Below, in pieces: positions 39,270 to 50,461 of a DNA stretch of 64,000 nt. This DNA is from Callorhinchus milii (lineage: Eukaryota). The stretch spans positions 21,640,001-21,704,000 of the forward strand of contig NW_024704743.1 in assembly GCF_018977255.1 (NCBI RefSeq), read 5' to 3'. How positions within the stretch are numbered: the first letter of the stretch is position 1; each line of letters begins with the position of its first letter. The notes beneath the pieces were generated by a model that saw only the letters and a program-made list of their open reading frames with translations, did no database searches and was not told the DNA's origin. A program made the position numbers and the translations under genes.

Positions 39270-39612
39270 AGTGGGTGAAATTTAAGGTCTCATGCTAGAC
39301 AATATAGATCATGACAAGCTGTTTTAACTTGTCCAGAATAGTAAAACCAGAGGACACGGCCTGCGATCGAAGGGGGTAAATTCAGAACAAATCTACGCAA
39401 ACACTATTTAAGTGAACGAATAGGGAGACGGTTGAAGCAGGAAGTGTTGATTCATTTAAACACAGATTAGGTAGTTTTCTTTTAGGAAATAACATTATGG
39501 GGTATAGTTCATAAGTAGTTTGGGACATATATGCTTGCGACCACCAGGAAGGTGGAAAGAGAACTAGATGGACCTTGGTCTTTTCTCGTCTAGCATTTCT
39601 TATGTTCTTATG
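39270..39612 (+). mobile_element. CR1-clade LINE 3' end
   Basis: aaaaccagaggacac (TRGH), aaattcagaacaaat, and terminal gatggacc...ggtcttttctcgtc...ttcttatgttcttatg. Confidence 0.78.
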
Positions 39613-39684
39613 TCTCAATCCACTGGCTTGGCAACACATTTGTTGATTGAAACTATGAGAAAACATAATTAAAATGGTGCAAAG

Positions 39685-40104
39685 AAGCACTTATCACGTC
39701 GTCGAGACATCTAAAAGAGCTTTGCAGGATATACTATAAAGTGGTGTGACTGTATATTTTGTGGGCTAACGTGGGAGTCAATTTGTGCGCAGCTGTATCT
39801 CACAATCAGCCATGCAGTGAGTGACCAATTTTATTTGGGGGATAAAAATGAATTTGAGAGATTGTTGGGTAGGACACTGGGAAAAACTCCTTTCTCTTTT
39901 TGAATAGTGCCATGGCATCCTTAAAGTTCACTTCGACAGGCAGACGGGACCTTGCATTAACGTTTCATCCAAATGATGGCACCTCTGACAATACAGCACA
40001 CCCCAACCTATACATTGCATAAACTGGATGAGTTCCAAGTCCTGATGTGGGGCTTGAATCCTTCTGATTCAGTGGCGAGAGTGCCACCACTGAGCCAAGC
40101 TAAC
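39685..40104 (-). mobile_element. Older Deu-domain SINE
   Basis: Head ends ...ccactgagccaagctaac; Deu-like core present. Confidence 0.8.
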
Positions 40105-40580
40105 ACATTTTTATTAAAATACTATTTAAATTTACAGAAGATAACAGTGGTAAAGTTATAACTTCCTTGGCTGCCATTTCATAAATTGAGAGTTTATTTG
40201 TCTTAAATATTGTAACCTCCACATCCTCGTTCAAACTACTTATGCAATATGATCACACTCTAGCATCCCCGAGGGCTGAAGACACTTCCATAGATTTTAA
40301 ACAATTTTGTTTTAACTACCATTTGCATTTACCATGTTAAGATCAGTGCTCAGCCCCAGGTCATGTTCAAAGTCTGGATTTAAATTGTTCAGATCTGAAG
40401 ATTAAATAGTGCTATCGTTGCCACTCACTCATTCATGCCACTATGGTACAGGCAGCCGAATCATATGAATGCATATTAGAATTCATTGAAGTAAATCCCT
40501 GTCCTTGTAGAAGAGACTGAATCTGAATGAGCGTTCTCATCCCATTAGCCACTCTGACAAGTCTGCCAGAATAATTAATT

Positions 40581-40812
40581 GGGGGAGAAATTCCACCTGT
40601 GTCTAGATTTACTTGATTTATCCAGCATTTCAGAGCTCCCAGAATTTGGCGATTCTTACATACAAGCTTAATTTTGAAGTTGTTCTTTCTGTAAATTTTG
40701 TTTAAGAAGTACAGGAAACTAGTTTCAAAGCCAAGACTGACTTCAACAAATCCATCAACTTCTGGACATTCTGAAATGCTACGTAATTAGAGTAAATTCA
40801 GATGGAATTTTT
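40581..40812. mobile_element. MITE-like element with imperfect ~55 bp terminal inverted repeats (second copy ~50583-50806)
   Basis: Left agaaattccacctg...agcatttcaga...ccagaa pairs with right ttctgg...tctgaaatgct...cagatggaattttt; the copy near exon 8 is homologous in the opposite orientation. Confidence 0.6.
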
Positions 40813-41784
40813 CGAATGTCTTTTTGATAATTCGGTCTTATATGCTTAGGCAATAAAACCCGCATAAGTCTAATCTGTATAAATTGTATAATCCCTAAGT
40901 TCATACATCTTCCCAAGTCCTGTTCAAGAGTTTATATTCCATGCAAGTTTGACGTAACTCATTCTTTGCATAAATCATATTAAATGTATGGTCCCAACTG
41001 ATGTGTCTTATGTGAAGTTTAGCATATCAAAATTTTAGTAGAATTCTGAAAGTGACAAACAGTGACATTTCTTGGGAATGTAGGTATGTTCAAAATGACT
41101 ATTACAGTCCCTCTGGCCAGTGTTGCTTTCACATGTCACCTCTTCCTATCTCACACACCTTTTACCAATCATCTTCACAGTTGAAAACCTGTCCAAATTC
41201 CTCATTTGAAACCTCCTACATTATTCAGTAGCTCCACTGGGGAAGAGGTGCAGAATTGGCAGGCTCAAAGCTATCAATGACTAGCCAAGAGAAACACAAG
41301 TTGAATTCTCCAGAAGGTAACGTGAGTGACAGGCTTGATACAATGGTTTAGCAGAACTGTCATTTTCTCCAGGGAATATGGCCTCACTTGTCTGTCAGAT
41401 CTCAATCCAAAATCTTACTGAATTTTAGTAGAATCCTGAAGGTTGAAGCAGGCTGTGAAAGCCAAGTTATTTTGTTTGCTCAGTAAAGCTCTGCGCTGAG
41501 TTAGTTAATCCCTGCTAGGGTATTGGTGAATGAACTACATTTGGCAATAGTGGCCCTGAGCTTAGGAAGAGAGGAAATCAAAACACCAACAACTTGCATT
41601 TATATAGCACCCTTCACGTGGGGTCGTGTCTCAAAGCAATTAACAGTGGCGTTGCCTCTGCTTCTGATCAATATTCAATGATCTCTGTTGGACAGTGTAT
41701 GTGTATGTGGTCTGCATGGCATCTGGCGAGTGCAACATGGAGATGTGTGATTACTCTCCCGTTCCCCACAGTCAAATTGCCTGC

Positions 41785-42152
41785 TAATAATAATAATCCT
41801 TGCATTTGATATAGCGCCTGATCATGTTTTTGAGACGTCTCAAAGCGCTTCACAGAATATACTGTAAAGTGAATTGACTGTATATTTTGTGGACGAAAAT
41901 TGTGCACTGCAGTGTGCCACAAACAGTTGTGGATGGAGTGATCGATTTATTATTATTTCTTTTTTTGAAGGAATTATTACCCCCGGAAAAGCGATCTGCC
42001 AATCGACTAACAATCGGGTTCCCACTCACTGCTAGGTAAACAGAGGCGTGTGGAGTAAGGAACCTTGCCCAACATTTTGCCCTGCCGGGAATCAAACCCA
42101 GGCTCCTCGCTTGCAAGGCGAGTGCTCTAACCACTGAGCTACAGGAATCCAC
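41785..42152 (-). mobile_element. Young tRNA-Ala-headed SINE, long form, full length
   Basis: Head gtggattcctgtagctcagtggttagagc (A box) ...gggtttgattcc (B box); AmnSINE1/DeuSINE-like 3' half; (TTA)n tail. Confidence 0.92.
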
Positions 42153-44159
42153 ATTATCTACACCGTGGTGGTGTACTGAAGGCAGGCGCTCCCCCCACCA
42201 CCTCCACAGCCCTCCCATGGAAAAGGAATTATACCCCAGCATGCACCTTCAGGAGAGGAGGGGAGAAAATTGATGGTGGGGAGAGGGGAGTGGAGTTGGA
42301 GGAAAGACTACTGAGTTGTAGTAAAGATTAACTACAAAGACAGCTCCTGACTGAGCTGAGAACAAAAAGAGCAGTCCTATGAAACAGAGGGATCTGCAGA
42401 GATCCTCTTGTGTCCCATCACTGCCGAATCTTTTTCATTCATTAAATAGTTTCACTCAGAGATCTATGGAAAGGACTTATTAATATATATTTTTCCTCTT
42501 TAAAGAACATATTAGCATAAATAGCAAATTAGCACCTGGCCCATATCTCGGGGTAAGTACTTAACATTCAAAGGACTTTCCCCTAGAGATGTATTTTCCT
42601 TTGAAGTGTCTGCACTGAGGTACTCCCTATAATTTCCAACGTGTCTGCAAAATAAATATTTTCTGATCACGGCTTATTAAATCACAGAGTATTTCTGTGC
42701 AAAACACTGCACACAAATTTAAAGTGATGTGTGAGGTACATAAAAGAGAATATTAATCTCTGTTTGAGTTGAGTTATTAAATGCCTTCCCTTCCAGCTAA
42801 TACTCTCACAGCCAAAGCAGCCAAAGTGCAATCCACTTATCAGGCTTATTGAGACATCATTTCTTGAAACTTCAGTCAGCGATATGCTCTGTTAATATCA
42901 GGGCCTATTGCTTTTATGTTCCATTTACAATAGGAAGCGAAATGTACCATATGATGTGTTAATTCTCAGATGGATAGAAAGCCTATCCTTAAATGATAGG
43001 TTTGAGAGTGTACATCCCCCCACTCCTCCCTCCCCCTCCGACTGTGAGAATATGTATTTTGCCCAGGGGTTTGTGAGGATGTGGAATGCTCTCTTAGCAA
43101 GCTAAAGAGACTGAAGCAATAATGCTATTTAAAAGAGACACAGATGGATACTGGGTAGTAGATGTATTAAAGGGTATGTAAAAAGGATGCTGCATCATCT
43201 TTTGGATGAAATGTTAAACTGAGGTCACGTCTGCCTGTTCAAGTGGACGTTAAACATCCCATGGCACTATCTTCAAAGAGAAGGGAACTTCTCCTTGTGT
43301 TGTGGCCAACAATTCCCTGCATAAAATTGGTAATTTCACTCGATGGCTGTTTGTGGGACGTTGGCTGCCGCATTTGCCTACAGTCACCCCACTTTACAGT
43401 AAATCCTATGAAGCACTTTGAGATGTCCTCTCAGTGTGAATGGCGCTATATCAAATGTAAGTTTTTATTTATTGAACCTGTTGGTGAGGTCGAGTTTTAA
43501 GCACAGGCTTTAACCACATTTTCGGTTCATGTGATAATCATCACATCACAAGTTGAGTTTCATCCTCCCCATCCCCCCTCGATATATTTAACCCAGGCAG
43601 CAAACTACCAGCAGGATGTTGTTCTATCCAACAAATAACAATGTGTCTATAAACAGCTTCGTACAACAAGCCTCCCCCATCCCCCATAATTTTAAGATGA
43701 TTTAGTTTTGGCCGTATTTGAGCGAAACTGAACAAATACCATTTATCATTAAAGAGAACAATCACAGCAGATCCAAAGAGCCCAAACGACCGTGTGAAAG
43801 CTATAAAACCTGAACACTTCAGACAGGCAAATGAGCCTTGGTGTGAAATGTGCTCTTTCAAAATAATAAAGGTGTGATTTGCTCCTTTCGTCATACATTT
43901 TATTGTGTTAACAATCTCCAGGCTGGTCTCGCTCTCGCCAGACTGCAAAGTGTGGCACTCTGTAAAGGAGTAAGACTTAATAATAATATAATAATAACTA
44001 ATAATAATAATAATGTAATAATAATAATCCTTGCATTTGATATAGCAACACATCACGTTGACGAGACATCTCAAAGCGCCTGACAGAATATAGTGAATAG
44101 TGGATTGACTGTGTATTTTGTGGGCAAAGCCAGTTTGAAACAATGTATTTGCTTCAACC

Positions 44160-44335
44160 ACAGATCTTTCTAAACTCCCTAAATCTACTATTAGCTATCA
44201 TATTTATAAGCTCTAGTTTTGGACTCTCCAACAAGTGAAAACGGTCTATCAACATCCACTATTTCAAATCCTTTCATAATCTTAAATACCTCTATCAGGT
44301 CCACTCTCAATCGTCTCAACCTATCCGATCTTTCT
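44160..44335 (-). mobile_element. CR1 ORF2 fragment
   Basis: RRLRVDLIEVFKIMKGFEIVDVDRPFSLVGESKTRA matches the CR1 RRLRGDLIEVFKIMKG..TRGH motif. Confidence 0.8.
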
Positions 44336-44855
44336 TGACAGCTGCATTCACTCATCCTTGGAAACAGTGCGGGGAGAATGCTGCGTTGTTGGAAGTGCTG
44401 TACTTTGGACATTAAACTGAGCTATTGTTTGCCTGGTCAGGTGGACTTTAAGGATCTGTGGCACTGTTTGCAAAGAGCTGGAAGTTTTTCCAGGTATCCT
44501 GGACAACAATGCCCCAATTAAAACACCATTACTGAATTAGTTGGAACATCTGTGAGTCTTCGTCCTCCTGGTTTGAGTTTTTGAGGTTGGGGGGGGAGAA
44601 GAAAAGGGTGAAATTTAAATTAAAACTTTGATTTACCACCAGAAATGCGGTGGACTTGTGACTTGGCAGCAGACTGGAAGAAACATCAATAGCTTCAGTG
44701 TATAAGTCAGGCTCCACGGCAGCAGGTCCTAAAAATCTATGTTACCACGAGACCTTTGTTAACATGACCTTTAATTTACAATAACTTGGATGCCCTGCCA
44801 AAGTCAAAGGCTGGCCACATACCAAATGTAAGTATTATTATTATAAAAATTAGGC

Positions 44856-45397
44856 GTCAGCCTGGCTCAATTTGTAGGACTGTCACCACTGAATCAGAAG
44901 GTTCTGGGTTCAAGCTCCACATTGAGATGTTGAACTCATATAGTCTAGGTTGTCAGAGGTGGGGGTCTACATTGGGGGAGTGGGATTAATTTGAATAGCC
45001 CTTATAAAAGAGCTATTAAACGAGATCAGACACGATGGACCGAATGGCCTCCTTCTGTGCTGTAAAATTCTATGATTTTATGATTGCCAGAGGTACTGTC
45101 CTTTAGATGAAATGTTAAACCGAGGTCTTGCCTGCAGGTTCAGATGGACAGTAAAGATCCCAATGGGCCTATTTGAAAAGAAGAGGGAGTTGCTTCCTGT
45201 GTGCTGGCCAACAATCCCCCAGATAAAATTGGTCATTCACTTCACAGCCATGTGTGGGATTCTGCTGTGTACAAAATGGCTTCCATATTTGCCTACAAAG
45301 TGTACAGTCTCTACACTCCGAGGTAAAATCCTGTGAAGCATTTTGAGAAATCCTCCCGATGTGAAAGGCACTATATCAAATGCAGAGATGGATTATT
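44856..45397 (+). mobile_element. Older Deu-domain SINE interrupted by a CR1 3' tail (~44970-45085)
   Basis: Head at 44856; inserted gatggaccgaatggcctccttctgtgctgtaaaattctatgatt; core resumes at ~45086. Confidence 0.78.
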
Positions 45398-46399
45398 TGA
45401 AATCACAGTATGAATGACCAAGCTGTACATTAATTATATTACCTTAGTGTGCTCAAAGTACATATCAAACCTATCACTTTTTAATCTCGTAAGGATTTAT
45501 CCCATTAAATGAAAAATATCAGTATGTAAGCAAATAAAAACACTCTGCCATGAAATTAAGTTTGTCTGCAAATTTACTCTTGGAAACACACTAATGTATG
45601 GAAAATATATTACTGAATCATAAAATTAGACAGCGAAGGACAAAAATATATTTGTTTATAAACGGTTAGCAAAGCAAAACAGAGATGAATAATATTACTT
45701 GTAATAATCATTCTTGCATTTCATACAGAGCTTTCATGTCAGGAGGTCGTGTCAAAGTGCTTCACAGGATTTCCTGTCACGTGTAGTGACTAGAGTTTGG
45801 TAGGCAAATGTATAAATAACATATCCCAGCTTTTATTCAAAATATCATTTGAATAGTTAAAGTTAAACTGATGATAAACTGCTGATGTATTTGCCAACAA
45901 AAACACAAAGTCACTCCACTTTACCATATATCCTGTGAAGCGCTTTGGGACATCTTCCTGATGTGAAAGGCATTATAATCAAATGTAGTGATCAGTACAT
46001 CCAATCTCGTGACTTTATTTGACTGAAACTACAGTGGGTGGAAAGGTACATTTGATTGCATGGTACTGTTGTGCTCACAGCAGGGGAAAGCAGGGTCAAG
46101 GTATGCTTTGGCTGGCTTTGCACCAGCATGGCTACTCTCACTCATTGAGGCCAGCTGACAGTTCAGGGCCTCTTTATGAGCATGAATGGAGTGGAGCCAG
46201 GATGTTTGGCTACCAGCTAAGTGGCCACTGACTGGGCTGCGCTGGTCTCCTTGGTAATGGGGAAGCCTAAGGTGGAGCTTGATCTTGATCATTCTTGATC
46301 AGTGGGCGGGATTGGAGGTGACAGTGGGAACCGGCGCAAGATAGACAGGAACAGTCAGAAGCTGAGGAATGAAGAGCTGAATAGCTGATCTGCAGGAGA

Positions 46400-46712
46400 T
46401 AATAATAATAATCCTTACATTTGATACAGCACTTTTCACGTCTTCTAGGCGTCTCAAAGCGCGTCACAGAATAGACTGTAAAATGAATTGACAGTATATT
46501 TGTGGGCGAAACGCAGCAGCCAATTGGGCACAGCAGTGTCCCACAAACAGTCGTGGATTGAAGTGACCAATTTAATTATTGCNTTTTTTTCTTGAGGGAT
46601 TATTATCAGGCGTGTGGAGGAAAGAAACTTGCCCAAGGTTTTGCCCTGCCGGGAATCGAATCCAGGTCTCTCGCTTGCGAGGCGAGTGCTCTAACCACTG
46701 AGCTACAGGACT
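46400..46712 (-). mobile_element. Young tRNA-Ala-headed SINE, short form
   Basis: Same head, body and tail as 38427-38738; anticodon loop reads CGC. Confidence 0.92.
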
Positions 46713-47004
46713 ACGGAAAATGAATGAAATAGGGCAAAACAAAGCATTGCAATAAGCCTTGGTATATGCAGATTCCTAAATAGTACAGCTTAAATAATTC
46801 ATAAATATGGACACTAATATCATCATCCTCTGGGTAATAACAATTCTCCAGATAAAATTCATCATTCATGTCATGGCTGTTTGTGAGACAGTGTTGTGTG
46901 CAACTTGGCAACCATATTCGACACTACACTTCGCAATAAAAATCCCGTGAAGTGCTTCGACAGTGTGATAAGGTGTTACTTCAAATGTAAGGATAAACAT
47001 ATTC

Positions 47005-47250
47005 AACAACAACTTGCATTTATATAACGCTCCTCACACAAGGTAGCGTCCCAGCACACTTGACAGTAACGGAGCTCAACACTGAGCTGGGGGGAGGTGA
47101 CCATAGGCACAGTAGAAGATGAAGGTTTTCAGGCGCAACCTAAAGATGGGGAAGGAGGGGGCAAGGCAGAGGGATTGAGAGTCCCAGAGTTTTGTGGTCT
47201 AGTGGCTGAAAGTCTGGCTGCTGATGGTGGAAAGGAGGGCACAAGGGACA
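47005..47250 (-). mobile_element. Degraded L2 3' end
   Basis: caacaacttgcatttatata tail followed by the reverse complement of the L2 ORF2 end. Confidence 0.65.
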
Positions 47251-47565
47251 AGCAAATTATCATAAAGAATGTTATGATTTACATTAACTGTTACATCACT
47301 ATTTAAATATTAAGGAAAGTACAACTTTTACTATGTGTTTACTAATTCACTCAATATTCCAAAGAAATGGAAAAATAATATTTTGTTTGAAATTCAATTA
47401 GAAATGCAATCAGTCATTTAAAGCACTCTGTGCCCCATTACTCAGTCAATGGTAGTAAACAGTCAATGTGGGATTTTTACAAAATAAATTGCTTATTTTC
47501 GTCCCTTACCATCAATGATGGTTTCACAACTGTTTTCCACTTATATACCCAGTTATAATCGTTAC

Positions 47566-47894
47566 AATAATAATAATAATAATCCTTGCATTTGGTATAG
47601 CGCTTTTCACGTTGGGAGGGCATCCCAAAGCGCTTCACAGAACATACTGTAAAGTGAATTGACTGTATATTTGTGGGCGAACCCGGCAGCCAATTGCGCA
47701 CAGCAATGTCCCACAAACAGTCGTAGATTGAAAATGACCAATTTATTATTGGTTTTGGTTTTGGAGGAATTATTATTATTAGGCTCTGTGTGGAGTAAGG
47801 AAACTTGCCCAAGGTTTCGCCCTCTGCCTGGAATTGAACTCAGGTCTCTCACTTGCAAAGCGAGTGCTCTAACCACTGAGCTACAGGACTCCAC
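47566..47894 (-). mobile_element. Young tRNA-Ala-headed SINE, short form with an L2-like ctccc loop
   Basis: Highly similar to 49793-50120; long (TAA)n tail on plus. Confidence 0.92.
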
Positions 47895-49792
47895 TCTCAC
47901 TCAATGGATCTCACTCTCACTGCGCACAGTATGGTGTCCTCAAGCCTTGGCCAGATCCTAATATTCTCCAAAAGCAGGGTGCATCTCTCCAAGGAGACAG
48001 TGCGCATTCTGTTCCAGACACAGGGACATTTGCATGCATACGTGGCATGCAAGTGTGTCTGGTTTGGATATTCTAAAGCATAGTGATGGGTTTCTGCATG
48101 TATCAGACTCTTGGCTAACCAAAAGAACAGTAGTCACTATTCATGTTTGAGCAGCGACAGGGGAATGTTGGCCGCCTGATCATCACCAGGCGACACCACA
48201 GCAAAGTCCAATCCTGTCCTCAACCTTTACATTGTGCTGGACATGTTCACTATCCCTAACTCAAGGGTAAAGAGACCGACCATCATCACCCTACCACCAA
48301 CAGCTAGATTGGCTGAGTCAAAATACTGCCATTCTCCTTTGTAAAAACAGCATATGTGATTGATTTTGCACAAATTGGTAGTGCTGTCACTTTGAGGCAG
48401 GATTGATCTCATTAAAATGTACTCCAGAGAGGTGAACTCGGGGAGCATGCAGTTGGCAGGCTGAATGACATACTGTATCCGAGCCATTCAACCCGAGCAC
48501 AATGTGAGTTGGTCTGTATCTGTGGTTTGCCAACAAAACGCTCACCATTTTTGTATTGACAATGTAACATTTTCTAGCTCTCTGCTGAGTTTGGACTGCC
48601 CCTTCTCCCTGAACCTCAATGGATTTCAGTAATGTGTTTCAAGGGCCTTGGGACGTCCTTCCAATGAGAAAGGCGCTAGAAAAATGTAATTTGTTGTTAT
48701 TGTTTCCTATCCAAGAAGATGGCAACTATGCCGGTGTATAACATTTAAAATGAAAAAGTAACCCCAGATCAATACTTCAGAATTCAAGTGAGTACGATAA
48801 TAAGAAGACATAGGTTTAGAATTGTAAAGGGCAATTTCAGGACAGATATCAGGAAGCTTTTCTTTAAGCAGAGGCTAATCAATGACTCAAACATGGAGTG
48901 TCAGCTTAGACTAAATGAGTTCAAAGTCTCTTTATGCAGAGGCTAATCAACAACTCAAACAGATTGTCAACTCATTTAAAAAGCTGCTTCATGTTGTGAT
49001 GGGGGATGGTAGAGTGGGTGTTCTGGAAGGATGAGATCGGATGGAACTAAGAGCCTTCTTCATTCAAAGTAATCTTGTGATGTGGGAGAACGTGGGTGAT
49101 TGGAGAAATGTGTGAGCTGAATATCCCTTGTTCCAGTGATTTGGGGCAGTCTCAACCTTACGCATCCTACGCACATGTGTAACTGTTCGAGTTGACATGG
49201 GTTCATACTTTAATAACGTTCCTACTTTAGGACTGAATTTGACAGTCTTGAAAGAGGTCTTAGGGTTACCTCTGTGGGAGCAGGAAAACAATATAAATTG
49301 TTGCAGTCGGAAGTGCTAAGTTACATTTACACTAGACAATAATTGAAATGGTGCCAATGTTGTTGAGAATGTCTCAAAGTGATTGACAAAGATTGTGTGA
49401 AGTGTAATGACTTTGTATTTGTAGCTGTGTTTACCTATGAAACGGGCAATCACTACACTTTACAATATAACCTGTGAAGTGCTTTGAGAGATCCTCCCAA
49501 CACAAAAGGTGCTATAATAATGATCCTTGCATTTTATGTAGAGCCATACAAGTCGGGAGAAGTTTCCAAAGTGATTCACATGATGTACTGTAAAGTGCAG
49601 TGCCTGTGTGTTTTGTAGGTGAATGTAATAGCCAATTTGCATGCAGCAAAGCCCCATAGACCACGATGAAATGAATGATCATTTTTTTCTGGGACATTGT
49701 TGGCCAGAAAACCAGAAGAAACTCCCTTTTCTTTTCAAATACTGCCATGGAATTATTAACGTCCACTTCAACAGGCAGATGGGACCTCGATT

Positions 49793-50120
49793 TAATAATA
49801 ATAATAATAATCCTTGCATTTGATATAGCGCTTTTCACGTCGGGAGGACGTCCCAAAGCGCTTCACAGAATATACTTTAAAGTGAATTGACTGTATATTT
49901 GTGGGCAAACGCGGCAGCCAATGGCACACAGCAATGTCCCACAAACAGTCGTAGATTGAAAATGACCAATTTATTATTGTTTTTGGTTTTGGAGGGATTA
50001 TTATTAGGCTCTGTGTGGAGTAAGGAAACTTGCCCAAGGTTTCGCCCTGACCTGCCTGGAATTGAACTCAGATCTCTCACGTAAAGCGAATGCTCTAACC
50101 ACTGAGCTACAGGACTCCAC
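49793..50120 (-). mobile_element. Young tRNA-headed SINE nested in an older Deu-SINE (~49515-50250)
   Basis: Full head and tail; splits the host sequence gggacctcgatt/taatgtctcatcc. Confidence 0.92.
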
Positions 50121-50322
50121 ATAATGTCTCATCCAAAGAACAATGGAGTGTCAGCTTAGACTAAATGAGTTCAAAGTCTCAAAGTGGGGCTTGAACCCAC
50201 AACCTTCTGACCCAGAGGTGAGAGATGTTACCAACGGAGCCAGGATGACACCTCATCGGACAAAAGGAAAAGGCCAATTGACTCTCACAGTGGTCAGGTG
50301 GAAAAGCCAGCAGAATTCTTAC

Positions 50323-50461
50323 CTGATGGTATGGAATACAGCAGATAGAATGAGTTCATTATGGACAGCGACAGCCATGTAGCGTGGTTCATGAAATGCT
50401 GATGGCACTGTCCGCACGGCATAGCAGAGATATACCCCCCAGAGGAGGAAGAGAAATTCAG
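50323..50461 (-). CDS. GPR158: GPR158 coding exon (equivalent to exon 8), TM5-TM6
   Basis: ccgcag|CTGAATTT...ATCAG|gtaaga; (A)EFLFLLWGVYLCYAVRTVPSAFHEPRYMAVAVHNELILSAVFHTI(R); phases match both neighbouring exons. Confidence 0.96.

Noticed and set aside
43541..44161. 206-aa minus-strand ORF
   Set aside because: Starts in a SINE fragment, includes a low-complexity Y/I run from the tail and has no recognisable domain or splice context.
36295..46583. Single ambiguous n bases at 36295 and 46583
   Set aside because: Sequencing or assembly ambiguities beside T runs, not biological.
47477..50122. Recurring ORFs ending CKDYYYY or containing [10 protein letters not shown] as a paralogous small-protein family
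   Set aside because: They are translations of SINE bodies and (TAA)n tails.
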